Positions 11,329 through 21,928 of a stretch of DNA of 64,000 nt are shown here, piece by piece. Origin of the DNA: Candidatus Poribacteria bacterium (GTDB lineage: Bacteria > Poribacteria > WGA-4E > PCPOR2b); assembly GCA_965208325.1 (NCBI GenBank), contig OZ242326.1, positions 992,001-1,056,000 on the forward strand, written 5' to 3'. A program made the translations under genes and the position numbers. Below the pieces are notes generated by a model. The model had not been told where the DNA came from. It searched no databases and saw only the letters and a program-made list of their open reading frames with translations. Position 1 is the first letter of the stretch, and each line of letters starts with the position of its first letter.

Positions 11329-11424
11329 GGGTTCAGGTCAGCGAGAATAATGCGGAAGAATTACATTTACAACTGGTTACACACTTGAATCACCAATCGC
11401 AATCTTAGTAGCAATAAAAGCAAT

Positions 11425-11453
11425 ATCTTACTTTCGCGCGCAAAGCGTGTCAA
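11425..11453 (-). promoter_or_regulatory. sigma70-type promoter of the PAP2 gene
   Basis: TTGACA-17bp-TAAGAT on the minus strand. Confidence 0.5.
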
Positions 11454-11502
11454 GCGGAAAAAAGGCAGATTAGCCCTTCTAAATGCTGACGCCGGGCGGG
11501 TT

Positions 11503-11829
11503 ATGGCACCTGAAAACACCGATCTCCCACTGATCCTTGACGAAATTCCGCAATCCGACCAGCGAGACCTCCTCAAGAAGGTCGCGACGCAGGTTGTAAA
11601 GCGCCGGTTAACCGCGCCGGCGATTTTGTTTCTTGAGATGTGCAAACCACTGAACTTTCTTGGAAGTCAAATACTTATCGCACTGAATCCATTTGTACAA
11701 ACCATTTTCAAAACGACCGAATACCAGAAATTTGCATTGATCATTGAGAAAGATGCCAACGTTGAGCTGCTGATTCGATTAATTGAAGAGTTAGATCTGG
11801 AGGAGCAAAAAAATGCCGAATCACTCTAA
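11503..11829 (+). CDS. hypothetical protein coupled to the GlmL-like gene
   Basis: PAILFLEMCKPLNFLGSQ segment; overlaps the next start codon. Confidence 0.75.
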   Translation: MAPENTDLPLILDEIPQSDQRDLLKKVATQVVKRRLTAPAILFLEMCKPLNFLGSQILIALNPFVQTIFKTTEYQKFALIIEKDANVELLIRLIEELDLEEQKNAESL

Positions 11830-13633
11830 CGGGATGCGTTCGATCCTCGCCACAGATTGCGGCAGCACCACCACAAAAGCAATCCTAATTGAAAAACGGG
11901 GCGATGAATATCATCTTGTCGTGCGCGGTGAAGCGCCCACGACGGTCGAAGCACCGGTTGAGGATGTCACAGCCGGCGTAATCAACTCAATTACAGAGGT
12001 TGAGGAACTCGCCGGACGAAAGCTCCTAAACGACGGACAGCTCATAAAACCCCAGCACGAAGATGTTGGCGTTGACCTGTATATTTCGACCAGCAGCGCT
12101 GGAGGCGGGCTACAGATGATGGTTGCGGGCGTAGTGCTAAACCTCACCGCGGAGAGCGCGGAACGAGCTGCGCTAGGCGCCGGGGCGATTGTCATGGACA
12201 CGATTGCTTCTAACGACAAGCGATTGCCGCACGAACGGATTGAGCGCATCCGTCATCTCCGTCCGGACATGCTTCTGCTTTCAGGCGGTGTTGACGGCGG
12301 TACCACGTCGCATGTCGCGGAGTTAGCGGAGATTATCGCCGCTGCCAGCCCCAAACCGCGTCTAGGGTTGGACTACAAACTTCCCGTCATCTTTGCAGGA
12401 AACAAAAATGCGCATGACCTCGTCCGCGAAAGGCTTGGAGACGAAATGGCGCTTGAGGTTGTCGATAATCTACGCCCCGTGCTCGAGCGTGAGAATCTGA
12501 TGCCGACCCGCCTGAAGATTCAGAGCCAGTTCCTGGAGCACGTCATGGCGCATGCGCCAGGTTATAAAAAATTGATTTCATGGACAGACGAGCCAATTAT
12601 GCCAACGCCTGGCGCTGTGGGGGCAATCATTCAGACTATCGCGGAGCAGCGGGGCATCCAAGTCGTGGGCGTGGATATCGGCGGCGCTACCACAGACGTG
12701 TTTTCCGTATTTAAAAACCAACATAACGAAGGCGTTTTCAACCGTACAGTGAGTGCTAATCTCGGGATGAGCTACAGCGTTTCCAATGTACTTGCGGAAG
12801 CCGGGATGGAGAATATTTTACGCTGGACGCCGTTTGAAATTGACGCGGGTGATTTAGGCAATCGCATCAAGAACAAAACCATTCGTCCAACAACAATCCC
12901 ACAAACACTCCAAGAGTTGATAATTGAACAAGCTATTGCGCGTGAAGCACTGCGGTTAGCCTTTGAACAACACAAACGCCTTGCCGTCGAATTGCGCGGC
13001 GTGCAGCAACAGCGCACAATTTCCGAAGCATTTTCGCAAACCGAAACGGGAGAAACGCTTGTGGATATGCTCTCGTTGGATTTAATTATCGGAAGCGGAG
13101 GCGTGCTTTCGCATGCACCGAGGCGTCATCAAGCGATGTTGATGATGATTGACGCATTCCAACCAGAAGGAATCACTCACCTCGCCGTTGACAGCATTTT
13201 CATGATGCCGCAGCTTGGCGTTTTGGCGCAAGTCAACACAGAGGCTGCTGGACAGGTTTTTGAGCGCGATTGCCTTGTCCACCTCGGGACTTGCATTGCA
13301 CCGGTTGGCAAAACGAAAAGAGGCGAATCTTGTGTGACAATCACCGCTAACCTGCCCGGCAGCGGTGATGTATCGGAAGCTGTACCGTTTGGCAATCTGC
13401 GCTTGTTTCCACTTAAAGCCGGGGAGAAAGCCAAGGTGGCGGTTCAACCGGAACGCAATTTTGATCTGGGTGCAGGGCGCGGCAATGCGGTCGAAGTTGA
13501 AGTTTCTGGCGGGATAGTTGGATTGGTTGTGGACACGCGCGGCCGCCCTTTGGACATCGCGACTGATTCGACGCAGCGTGTCGCCGACCTAAAGCGGTGG
13601 ACTCAAGCACTTGCGGTGTATCCTGAAACGTAA
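11813..13633 (+). CDS. GlmL/MutL (glutamate mutase L)-like ASKHA-fold protein
   Basis: TDCGSTTTK, SSAGGGL, GGVDGG, MPTP, VDIGGATTDVFS, RTVSANLGM and VDTRGRP motifs. Confidence 0.88.
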   Translation: MPNHSNGMRSILATDCGSTTTKAILIEKRGDEYHLVVRGEAPTTVEAPVEDVTAGVINSITEVEELAGRKLLNDGQLIKPQHEDVGVDLYISTSSAGGGLQMMVAGVVLNLTAESAERAALGAGAIVMDTIASNDKRLPHERIERIRHLRPDMLLLSGGVDGGTTSHVAELAEIIAAASPKPRLGLDYKLPVIFAGNKNAHDLVRERLGDEMALEVVDNLRPVLERENLMPTRLKIQSQFLEHVMAHAPGYKKLISWTDEPIMPTPGAVGAIIQTIAEQRGIQVVGVDIGGATTDVFSVFKNQHNEGVFNRTVSANLGMSYSVSNVLAEAGMENILRWTPFEIDAGDLGNRIKNKTIRPTTIPQTLQELIIEQAIAREALRLAFEQHKRLAVELRGVQQQRTISEAFSQTETGETLVDMLSLDLIIGSGGVLSHAPRRHQAMLMMIDAFQPEGITHLAVDSIFMMPQLGVLAQVNTEAAGQVFERDCLVHLGTCIAPVGKTKRGESCVTITANLPGSGDVSEAVPFGNLRLFPLKAGEKAKVAVQPERNFDLGAGRGNAVEVEVSGGIVGLVVDTRGRPLDIATDSTQRVADLKRWTQALAVYPET

Positions 13634-13771
13634 CAAATAGTTTTTAGTACACGCCCGCGGACTCTCTCATCTCTAAGGGTTCTGAATGAAATCAGAATCT
13701 CCCTTCGTTCAACTACGCTATCCTCTTTTGCAATTCGCGTCTACCATCGGGAATTTTGCCCAAAAATGCCT

Positions 13772-14962
13772 TCACGCCTCACGTGGTGCGAAGCATTTTC
13801 GATACAACGCAACAATCTCCTCCTGCGACGCTTGACGCGGGTTATTGCCCGGGCTTCCGCTAGCAATTGCATCTGATGCCATCCGTTCAACGACAGCGTC
13901 AAACTTATCCGGCGCTATACCAATTTCCCCTAGGCGCGGCATCTGAATGTCGTTAATCATGCGTTCAACCGCAGCAACGGCGCAATCCGCCTGACGCATT
14001 ACAGATAGACCTTCGACCGATTCCCCCATGGCGCGGGCGATATGGGCAAAGCGGTCAGGCGAACCCGCTAAGCTGTATTCCATGACATCAAGCAGCAGTA
14101 CGGCATTTGATAAACCGTGATGAATATGGAAATAAGCGCCGATTGGGCGGGACATCCCATGTACTAACGCGACGGAGGCGTTGCTGAACGCCATTCCGGC
14201 AACGGTGGCACCGATCATCATCTCCGTTCGCGCCACAATGTTGCCGCCGTCCGCCCATGCTTGACGAATTGAACCAGAAATTAGCCGAATCGCGTCCAGC
14301 GCTAGCGCATCAGTTATCGGTTGAGCACGTTTTGAAACGTAGGCTTCGATGGCATGCGTCAGCGCGTCAACGCCAACTGCTCTGGTCAAGTGAGGCGGCG
14401 TGGTCAGCGATAGCACCGGGTCCACAAGCGCGGCTTGCGCCAGCAAACATGGGCTGCTCAGCATCATTTTCACGTTGTTTTCCGTGTCGGTAATCACCGT
14501 GACCTTCGTGACTTCGCTGCCGGTACCTGCTGTCGTCGGGATGGCGATTAATGGCGCACCGGGATTCGGAATTTTGTCGACGCCCATATAATCAGCCAGC
14601 TCACCATCGTTGGTCAACTTCACCGCAATTGCTTTGCCGCAGTCGATTGCACTGCCGCCGCCGATGCTCACAATGAGGCCGCACCCGTCCGTACCATATT
14701 GCTTTAAGCCGTCATTGACGTTTTGCAGCGTAGGATCGGGGGTGACATCGGCAAAGAGCGAGGTGTCAACCCCGGAATGGTTAAGCTGTTTTACGACCTG
14801 ATCAACGTACCCGATTTTAACAATTCCCGGATCGGTAACAACCAATGCCCTGTTTGCTCCTAAACGCTTTGCCTGTTCGCCAACCCGCTTAGACGCATCA
14901 ATGCCGGTGATAATTGTAGGGGGTATGTTAAACGAAGAGACTGTCGATGTTAAATCGTCCAT
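13772..14962 (-). CDS. iron-containing alcohol dehydrogenase
   Basis: GGGSAID, PTTAGTGSE, DALTHAIE, VHGMS and HHGLSNA motifs. Confidence 0.95.
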   Translation of the reverse strand: MDDLTSTVSSFNIPPTIITGIDASKRVGEQAKRLGANRALVVTDPGIVKIGYVDQVVKQLNHSGVDTSLFADVTPDPTLQNVNDGLKQYGTDGCGLIVSIGGGSAIDCGKAIAVKLTNDGELADYMGVDKIPNPGAPLIAIPTTAGTGSEVTKVTVITDTENNVKMMLSSPCLLAQAALVDPVLSLTTPPHLTRAVGVDALTHAIEAYVSKRAQPITDALALDAIRLISGSIRQAWADGGNIVARTEMMIGATVAGMAFSNASVALVHGMSRPIGAYFHIHHGLSNAVLLLDVMEYSLAGSPDRFAHIARAMGESVEGLSVMRQADCAVAAVERMINDIQMPRLGEIGIAPDKFDAVVERMASDAIASGSPGNNPRQASQEEIVALYRKCFAPREA

Positions 14963-15047
14963 TCTTCTGTTCCGTTAATTCGAGCTGAACCGAATTGCAG
15001 GTTTATCAAGATTTTTGCGGCGCTTCAACGCTTGTACGGCAGTTCAT

Positions 15048-16616
15048 CTAATGCCGAAAATGCCGCACGCCTGTGAAAACCATTGCCATACTGTAGCGAT
15101 CTGCCGCCTCAATAACCGATGCATCTCCAGCAGAACCGCCGGGTTGAATAATCCCGCATACGCCCGCCTCGCCCGCTACTTCAATATTGTCTGGAAATGG
15201 GATATAGGCATCTGATGCAAGCAGTGCCGCTTTCGCCCTTTCTTCGCCAGCTTTCCTGACAGCGGTAATGCTTGCATCAACACGGCTCATCTGGCCAGCA
15301 CCGATGCCGACGGTCTTAGTTCCACGAGCAAGCACGATACTATTGGATTTGACGTGCTTACACGCCTTCCAGGCAAATAGTAAGGATTCAATCTCCGCTT
15401 CGGTCGGTTGGCGCTTCGTAACAACCTGTAAGGTGTTAGGCGTGGTCTCGTGCATATCCCGACTCTGGAGTAGCACGCCTCCGACGACGTTTCGAATCTG
15501 CTTAACCGCCGGATTATGAGATAATTCGTTCGTTTCCAAGATTCGGCGGTGTTTCACGCGAGAAAGCGTTTTCAACGCTCTGTCCGTGTAGCACGGTGCG
15601 ATGATTGCCTCGACTTTAATCCCGGCTCTTGCCGCTTCGCGAATCGCGTTTGCGGCTTCTAAATCAACTTCACGGTTAAGACCGATGACACATCCAAAGG
15701 CGGAGAGGCGATCGCAATCGAGGGCATCACTGAACGCGCCCGCCAAATTTGAGGCAGCCGCCAACCCGCACGGGTTGTTGTGCTTGATAATGGCGCAGGC
15801 AGGTTCGGTGAAATCCTTGACTATCTCAATTGCCGCTTCCAGATCGAGGATATTGTTGTACGAAAGTTCTTGGCCGCTAAGTTGGTTCGCCCAAGCGGCG
15901 CACGGTTCGGGCGAGGAATGCGCGCGATAGAAAGCCGCCGTTTGGTGGGGATTCTCGCCGTACCGGAGCGACTGGGCTTTTTCATAGCGAACGTCAAGAA
16001 TCTCGGGAAATTCTCCGTGCGATGACTCAAGGTTAGCCAGGTAACGAGATATAACCGCATCGTAATGAGCGGTATGGGCAAATGCAGCTTTTGCCAATCG
16101 AAACCGGGTTTCGTCTGATAGGCAACCATCGTTGGCTTCCAACTCCGCAACGGTGTCAGGATACTGGCTGGGATTGCTGAGCACAGCGACATCGCGGTAA
16201 TTTTTGGCTGCGGATCGGATCATTGTAGGACCGCCGATGTCGATGTTTTCAATCACTTCAGTAAGATCGATGCCTTTCTTCGCTATTGTTGCCTCAAACG
16301 GATATAGATTGCACACGACGAGATCAATCATCCCAATCCCGTGTTCCGTAGTCTGCGCGATGTGCTCAGGATTATCTCGAACAGCGAGCAACCCCGCGTG
16401 AATCCTCGGATGGAGGGTTTTCACACGCCCGTCTAACATTTCCGGAAAACCGGTGTGGCCGGAAACCTCGCGGATTCCAATTCCTAACTCCTGAAGGTGT
16501 TTGGCGGTGCCGCCCGTCGAAAGAATCTCCACACCCCTTTCGACTAGGGACTTTGCGAGACTATCGAGGCCTGCCTTGTCGTATACACTTACTAATGCAC
16601 GTCGGATATATTTCAT
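15048..16616 (-). CDS. purH: bifunctional AICAR transformylase/IMP cyclohydrolase
   Basis: ALVSVYDK, GRVKTLHP, IDIGGP, LRYGENPHQ, KHNNPCG, GQMSRV and C-terminal RHFRH. Confidence 0.98.
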   Translation of the reverse strand: MKYIRRALVSVYDKAGLDSLAKSLVERGVEILSTGGTAKHLQELGIGIREVSGHTGFPEMLDGRVKTLHPRIHAGLLAVRDNPEHIAQTTEHGIGMIDLVVCNLYPFEATIAKKGIDLTEVIENIDIGGPTMIRSAAKNYRDVAVLSNPSQYPDTVAELEANDGCLSDETRFRLAKAAFAHTAHYDAVISRYLANLESSHGEFPEILDVRYEKAQSLRYGENPHQTAAFYRAHSSPEPCAAWANQLSGQELSYNNILDLEAAIEIVKDFTEPACAIIKHNNPCGLAAASNLAGAFSDALDCDRLSAFGCVIGLNREVDLEAANAIREAARAGIKVEAIIAPCYTDRALKTLSRVKHRRILETNELSHNPAVKQIRNVVGGVLLQSRDMHETTPNTLQVVTKRQPTEAEIESLLFAWKACKHVKSNSIVLARGTKTVGIGAGQMSRVDASITAVRKAGEERAKAALLASDAYIPFPDNIEVAGEAGVCGIIQPGGSAGDASVIEAADRYSMAMVFTGVRHFRH

Positions 16617-16701
16617 TATGAATTTTGCCTTTTTTTCGGTACATGGGAAGCCGGCGTGGACATCAGCTACTCAAGCACCCTACTCTTCAGGATTTTTCGT
16701 T

Positions 16702-17469
16702 TCAGCGCTGAAGTGCGCGTACATGCTGCTGGACGGATTTCAACAAAAAGGTCTCCGCGTTGCCGCAGCTTAACACGCGAAAGCCCCGTTCCATGGCTTG
16801 GAGCGCGTCCTCGACAGTGCCTGCCGGACATCCTACAGCGATATCTTTCCGCGCCGCAGCAGCCAGCACCCTCTCGGATGCTTCAATAACTTTCGGGTGC
16901 GATGTCTGCCCCGTAACTCCCAACGAAGCAGCGAGATCGCTCTTTCCTATGCTCAGCACATCAATTCCTTCGACTTCTACAATTTCATCAATGTTTTCAA
17001 CGGCTTCGGCGTCCTCAATCATAGCGGCGACAACGATTTCATCGTTGATGCCCGCATAATAATCCTCCGTCGATACCGCACCGAACTTGATACTCCTGCC
17101 CGGACCAACACCGCGCTTCCCCTGCGGCGGGTAGAGCGCGCCATCGACAATCTGTTGTGCATCTTCCGCGCTACGGCAGTGCGGGACAAGTATTCCCATC
17201 GCCCCGAGGTCAAGCGCACGCATAATCATCGCCGCGTTATTTTCGTGAATACGGACGATTGGCGTAATCCCGACCGCATAGGCCGCCAAAATCATGCGCT
17301 CCATCTCCGTCCAGCCGATTGAACCGTGTTCGCCATCAATTCGGACATAATCTAAGCCGGCATAACCGAGTATTTCCACGATTCCCGGTTCAGGCAGCCG
17401 AGCCCCAACGCCGAAGACTGATGCGCCGCCTTTGAGTTTCCGTTTCATTGGATTCGGTCTGATGCGCAT
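16702..17469 (-). CDS. HpcH/HpaI aldolase family protein
   Basis: IDGEHG, ALDLGAMGILVP, YPPQGKRG, MIE and DLAASLG motifs. Confidence 0.92.
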   Translation of the reverse strand: MRIRPNPMKRKLKGGASVFGVGARLPEPGIVEILGYAGLDYVRIDGEHGSIGWTEMERMILAAYAVGITPIVRIHENNAAMIMRALDLGAMGILVPHCRSAEDAQQIVDGALYPPQGKRGVGPGRSIKFGAVSTEDYYAGINDEIVVAAMIEDAEAVENIDEIVEVEGIDVLSIGKSDLAASLGVTGQTSHPKVIEASERVLAAAARKDIAVGCPAGTVEDALQAMERGFRVLSCGNAETFLLKSVQQHVRALQR

Positions 17470-17540
17470 GTCCTATTCTCCACGTATAACATTCCGCCAC
17501 ATGATAATGACAATTTCAGAACATTTAGAATTCCACAGGC

Positions 17541-17569
17541 ATTATAGCATTGAATACCGCACCGGTCAA
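17541..17569 (-). promoter_or_regulatory. sigma70-type promoter upstream of aldolase-purH-adh
   Basis: TTGACC-17bp-TATAAT with TG extension. Confidence 0.6.
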
Positions 17570-17686
17570 GATCGACTTTCAATGCGGCAACCTTCCCTCT
17601 TCAGATTCATTACAATTCGAGTTTTATAGATGACTATCGGGATTTTCCCACGGTTCGCGCGCGAGGAAATGCGCCCATCTTTCTAC

Positions 17687-17716
17687 TTGACGTCCTATGT
17701 ATTCGGTTGATAAAAT
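17687..17716 (+). promoter_or_regulatory. divergent sigma70-type promoter
   Basis: TTGACG-18bp-TAAAAT with TG extension. Confidence 0.45.
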
Positions 17717-17778
17717 CATATATTGATTCGAACTTAAATGACGGCGGCGGGAATATTTTGAATGGGAGGAAGATTTGT

Positions 17779-18510
17779 ATGTCGAAACAAAATTGGCAAA
17801 CTTTAGCCAAAGAATTAAAGCGGGAACTCGGCTTGAAACACGTTGCCATCGCGATTACGTTTTCTCAGGATGCGCCGAGTAATGCGGCGCAATACGAAGG
17901 AGAGATGCCAAATCCTTCAGCCGATGGGAGGACGGGGAAGGTCCCAGCCGGGTGCGTATTCTGGACAGCGGCTACCGAGAAGACCTTTACGACTGAGCCT
18001 GAGGACCACTACAATTGCAGCGTCGGAAGTGTCACGCATGGATTGAAAACGCTGGAAGATGTCATGGATAATGAAGATGTTCAGGGGCTCGTCGGATCCG
18101 GATGGGTATCACCGGAAGAAGCAATGCAACTTCCATTTGTAAAACAGCGGTACAACCACATCACGTACGGTCCCCTGGGCGACACTACTGTCGATCCCGA
18201 CGTGATACTCTTGCGGATCAACGCTTTTCAGGCGATGGTGATTCATGATGCGTTCAGTGACGTAGAAATCGTGAACAAACCGCAATGCCACATCATTCCA
18301 ATCGCTAAGGAGCAAAACAGACTCGCCATGAGTACGGGCTGCATCTTGAGCCGGGTTCGAACGGGTATGCCGCCAGACGAGATGACGTGCACTATTCCGG
18401 CGCGGCAGTTGGAAGCAATTCTTGAAAAGTTAAAGGTTCGGCGGGAAGCGAATGCGGCGGCTTCCGCTTATGCAAACCAAGACGGTCGGCGTTTTGCTGA
18501 CCTCGCTTAA
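17779..18510 (+). CDS. DUF169 family protein
   Basis: GGAGG RBS; Cys pattern AGCVFW, NCSVG, PQC, GCILSR; YGPL..DPDVI. Confidence 0.8.
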   Translation: MSKQNWQTLAKELKRELGLKHVAIAITFSQDAPSNAAQYEGEMPNPSADGRTGKVPAGCVFWTAATEKTFTTEPEDHYNCSVGSVTHGLKTLEDVMDNEDVQGLVGSGWVSPEEAMQLPFVKQRYNHITYGPLGDTTVDPDVILLRINAFQAMVIHDAFSDVEIVNKPQCHIIPIAKEQNRLAMSTGCILSRVRTGMPPDEMTCTIPARQLEAILEKLKVRREANAAASAYANQDGRRFADLA

Positions 18511-18836
18511 GCTTCGGTTAATCCGGACTTGACGATAAGAACTCACACAATTTGCGCGCTTGGTCTCTTTTGAGCTTCGCCATATTAGAATCTTTCGTCT
18601 AAAAACCAACGCAATTTTATGGTGTCTGCCAGAGAACGTATCGCGGTGATAGCCGGTGTTTGCATCGGCGGTAGCAATTTCCTTACCGGAGCCTGATTGG
18701 GGGGCAGCGAGGAAGAAAGCATCAAAACTTGTGCAACATCCTGACTGTAGCGAGTTTTGCCGTGGTACCGACGCTACCGCAGCCGGTAAGGTTTCCCAAT
18801 CTCGCCGGTTCGGACAAGTGCCGTATATGCCGTTTC

Positions 18837-19652
18837 TTAAGAACGCCGCGCGTATTGTGGAAACAGTTCGTCATGAATGTCGCTGCACTGCCGGAGATGG
18901 ATTTGCCGATTCGCGTCGGCAGTGTCAACTATCGTGGGATAGAACATCCCCGCGCCCGTCTCAACTTTATACCCGCCCGGTGAATGGACGCTCAAGTAAC
19001 GATGGAGCGTCTCTAAATCCCGTTTGGTTTTACAATGTTGTGTGCAATTCATGGTGAACATCCGACGCCGAGTACCACCGCCAAATGATGCGTGATAGGT
19101 ATCGTGATTGAATATCACGACATCACCGGGTGTATTTTCCAGCGCAACACTCGTTGGGAAGCCGCACGGCGGTATACCGTACAGTGATTCCGAATGGTTC
19201 GGGTCAATCTTTTCTGCTCTAACAAAGTGTGCCGGGTTTTGGCTGCCAGGAATGATGCGTAAGCATCCCGTACCTTCAGTCAGCGGATCAAGATAAATCG
19301 CCAGCTTGCAAGCGAAGAGCCGCCCCCAATTTCCGTCCGGATGCCAACCGGTGTTTCCGGTGTAATAGTTCCCGTCACCGCCTGCGAAGTTAAAATCTTC
19401 CCCGAGTACGCCGCCGATTAGCCCTTTGATTCGTGCATCATCCAGCAGGGCACAGAGCCGAGGACGATGTTCCATCGGACCGCCGAACATTGTACGGCTT
19501 GAACCATCGTGGTCTTTACCGCCGCCGAATTGCTGAATGGTTATCTCAAATTCTTCCGTAATCCAATCCATCTCGCACGGCGAAAACATACCCGGTATGG
19601 CGAGATAACCGAATGTATTGAAGAAATTCACCTGATGTGCTGTTAGTTTCAT
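18837..19652 (-). CDS. PhyH-family Fe(II)/2-oxoglutarate dioxygenase
   Basis: FFNTFGYL, WHPD, GCLRIIPGS and PGDVVIFNHDTYHAS motifs. Confidence 0.9.
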   Translation of the reverse strand: MKLTAHQVNFFNTFGYLAIPGMFSPCEMDWITEEFEITIQQFGGGKDHDGSSRTMFGGPMEHRPRLCALLDDARIKGLIGGVLGEDFNFAGGDGNYYTGNTGWHPDGNWGRLFACKLAIYLDPLTEGTGCLRIIPGSQNPAHFVRAEKIDPNHSESLYGIPPCGFPTSVALENTPGDVVIFNHDTYHASFGGGTRRRMFTMNCTQHCKTKRDLETLHRYLSVHSPGGYKVETGAGMFYPTIVDTADANRQIHLRQCSDIHDELFPQYARRS

Positions 19653-19755
19653 TGTGGGGCTTTCGGCGTGATAGTACGGAATTTCGGTTATAGAGAAGAA
19701 TTGATTTTCTTCTCCTCACATCTCAAGCAAAGGTGATGGTCGAAACACAGAGTTC

Positions 19756-20556
19756 TCATGACCCGCGCGCATCAATCAACGCCCGCACGCGAACGGGGTC
19801 GATTTCGTTCGTTGTCACACCGTCGCGTTTAATTGAAGTGCCGACGATGACGCCATCCGCGCACTGCAGGGTCTCAGCAAGGTTGTCGGCAGCGACGCCG
19901 CTTCCGGCGAATACTTTCCCTTGCGGAACAGCATCTTTTACGGTTTTCAATCGCTTGAGGTCGGTGCGCTCGCCTGTTCCCGCTCCAGTCACGATTAGTG
20001 CATCAGCAAGTCCGCGATAATAAGTATCTTGGGCAACTGATGCAAGGTCGAATTGTCCAATCGGCGCAGCGTGCTTGACAGCCACATCGGCGAAAATCTT
20101 GACATCGCTACCAAGGACGGATCGATAGCGCACGGTTTCATAAGCCTTCCCTTGCAGAAGGCCCTGATCGGTGAGCATTACGCCGGTGTGCACGTTGATG
20201 CGGATAAAATCTGCGTTCGCCGCTGCCGCAATAGCTAATGCGGATTTTGCGTCATTACGCAATACGTTTACCCCAATGGGGGTCTTGGGAAAACGTTCTC
20301 GATGTTCGTTGACGATGATTGCCATAGCCGCTACGGTGTGCGCCTCTACGCAATCCGGGAAAAAAGGCGCATCGCCATAGTTTTCTACGATAACGCCGTC
20401 GATGCCGTTGTCAATCAGCGCTTCAGCGTCCGCCAACGCCCGCGCACGAACCTCATTTAATGGAGATGCTTGTCTCGGACTGCCTAGCAGCGGGAGCAGA
20501 TGGACAACACCGACGATTGGTTTGGCACAGCTAAAGACGCAGTTGATTCCTTGCAT
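19756..20556 (-). CDS. BtpA/SgcQ family TIM-barrel protein
   Basis: GVVHLLPL, VENYGDAP, GVNVLRN, DVAVKH, VTGAGTG and GSGV motifs. Confidence 0.92.
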   Translation of the reverse strand: MQGINCVFSCAKPIVGVVHLLPLLGSPRQASPLNEVRARALADAEALIDNGIDGVIVENYGDAPFFPDCVEAHTVAAMAIIVNEHRERFPKTPIGVNVLRNDAKSALAIAAAANADFIRINVHTGVMLTDQGLLQGKAYETVRYRSVLGSDVKIFADVAVKHAAPIGQFDLASVAQDTYYRGLADALIVTGAGTGERTDLKRLKTVKDAVPQGKVFAGSGVAADNLAETLQCADGVIVGTSIKRDGVTTNEIDPVRVRALIDARGS

Positions 20557-20690
20557 TGATGTTGATTGCGACCGAGGTTTCTATGATTGGCGGTTTCAAC
20601 CTCAATGGGGAGCTAATGCCCGCATCAATACAATTGTATTCCCAATTGACGTTGTGAAACGAACACCCATTGTATGTCGAACTTTAGACC

Positions 20691-21542
20691 TCAACTCGAT
20701 TCCGGAAAATCCCAGATTTGAAGTGCGGTTTTTCCCAAAATCCATTCCATATCCTCTGGTGCGAAAAAGTCCATTTCGTCTCGTACGACAGACAATGTTT
20801 GCGGATACGCAGCGGCATTCAGACAGACCGGCCAATCCGTCCCCCACATAATCCGCTGCGCACCATACGTGTGGTACACCTTCTTTACCATATCGTGCGT
20901 ATCAGCCCAAGGATAAGCGGTCTCCGATAACCACCAGGTGTGACTAATTTTGACGTATACATTTGGGAACACTGCTAGATTGAGCAGGAGCTGCAAATGA
21001 TCCGGCTGATCGATGGCGCAGTCCGCCATGTGATCGATTACCATGTTTAGGCGACTGTGGCGTTCTAGTAATTTTGCCAATTCCGGCAAACGATCGGGGG
21101 CAGCATTTTCGGCGCCGTGCTTTTTTGTGACAAGCAACATCGGAACACCCAGTTCTTCAGCGCGGCCAAAGATTCTACGCGTCAACTCGCCGCCGTACCA
21201 AGCGCCCGCCGCGCCTGCGGCAGGACTCAACCGCACGCCGTGAAAGCCGTGTTTCTCCGTCCAATAACTGAGGTGATCCGGCGCGTCAGGGTCTTCGGGA
21301 TTAACACGACACACGCCCATGAATTTATCCGGATAGGTTTCCACCGCATGTGCGGTATAGGTGTTGTCCCAACGATAGTGAATTGACTGTACCAGTACGG
21401 TCTTCTCCACACCGTTCGCCGCCATCAACTCCAACAACATCTCCGGTGTCGCGTCATGGTTAGGGGGAACGGCGGTCTCCGGCGCCCACGGAAATCGGGG
21501 ATCGTTTTTCCAAACGTGAACGTGTGGATCGATAATTCGCAT
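20691..21542 (-). CDS. amidohydrolase_2 family protein (sugar lactonase-like)
   Basis: IIDPHVHVW, VIDHM, NVYVKIS and MWGTDWPV motifs. Confidence 0.92.
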   Translation of the reverse strand: MRIIDPHVHVWKNDPRFPWAPETAVPPNHDATPEMLLELMAANGVEKTVLVQSIHYRWDNTYTAHAVETYPDKFMGVCRVNPEDPDAPDHLSYWTEKHGFHGVRLSPAAGAAGAWYGGELTRRIFGRAEELGVPMLLVTKKHGAENAAPDRLPELAKLLERHSRLNMVIDHMADCAIDQPDHLQLLLNLAVFPNVYVKISHTWWLSETAYPWADTHDMVKKVYHTYGAQRIMWGTDWPVCLNAAAYPQTLSVVRDEMDFFAPEDMEWILGKTALQIWDFPESS

Positions 21543-21668
21543 ATTTGATTACCCATTAATGTGCCGCATTTTCCGATACAAATCGCAAGCTAGAAAATAC
21601 AACAATGGCGTGAGTTTCGGCGGGGTGATTCGAGACTTAAGGCATTTATTTTAGCGCCAACGACTCTG

Positions 21669-21860
21669 CTAACACGCCAAAAAGAGAATGGAGAACAATA
21701 CCTCGAGTAGACACCCCATGCGCCGATCGGCGGTCTTGTTGTTAGTGCCTGTCCCTGAATCGCACGCTGTATCTCCGCACTCTATTGAACAGTGATATTG
21801 CGTGCCGTGTTCGGGTTCAAACTGTGTCTGGCAAATCGGACATACCCTGAGATTACTCAT
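21669..21860 (-). CDS. small Cys-rich hypothetical protein
   Basis: CPIC...HCSIEC zinc-finger-like pattern and hydrophobic C-terminus; short, could be spurious. Confidence 0.35.
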   Translation of the reverse strand: MSNLRVCPICQTQFEPEHGTQYHCSIECGDTACDSGTGTNNKTADRRMGCLLEVLFSILFLAC

Positions 21861-21928
21861 TTTCCACCCCTTTTCCAATAGCGCCCGCATACGCGACTCT
21901 TGTCGGGCCAATGAGGACATGCCACGGT

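Noticed and set aside
16617..16701. ZTP riboswitch before purH
   Set aside because: The short intergenic region lacks recognisable conserved ZTP elements.
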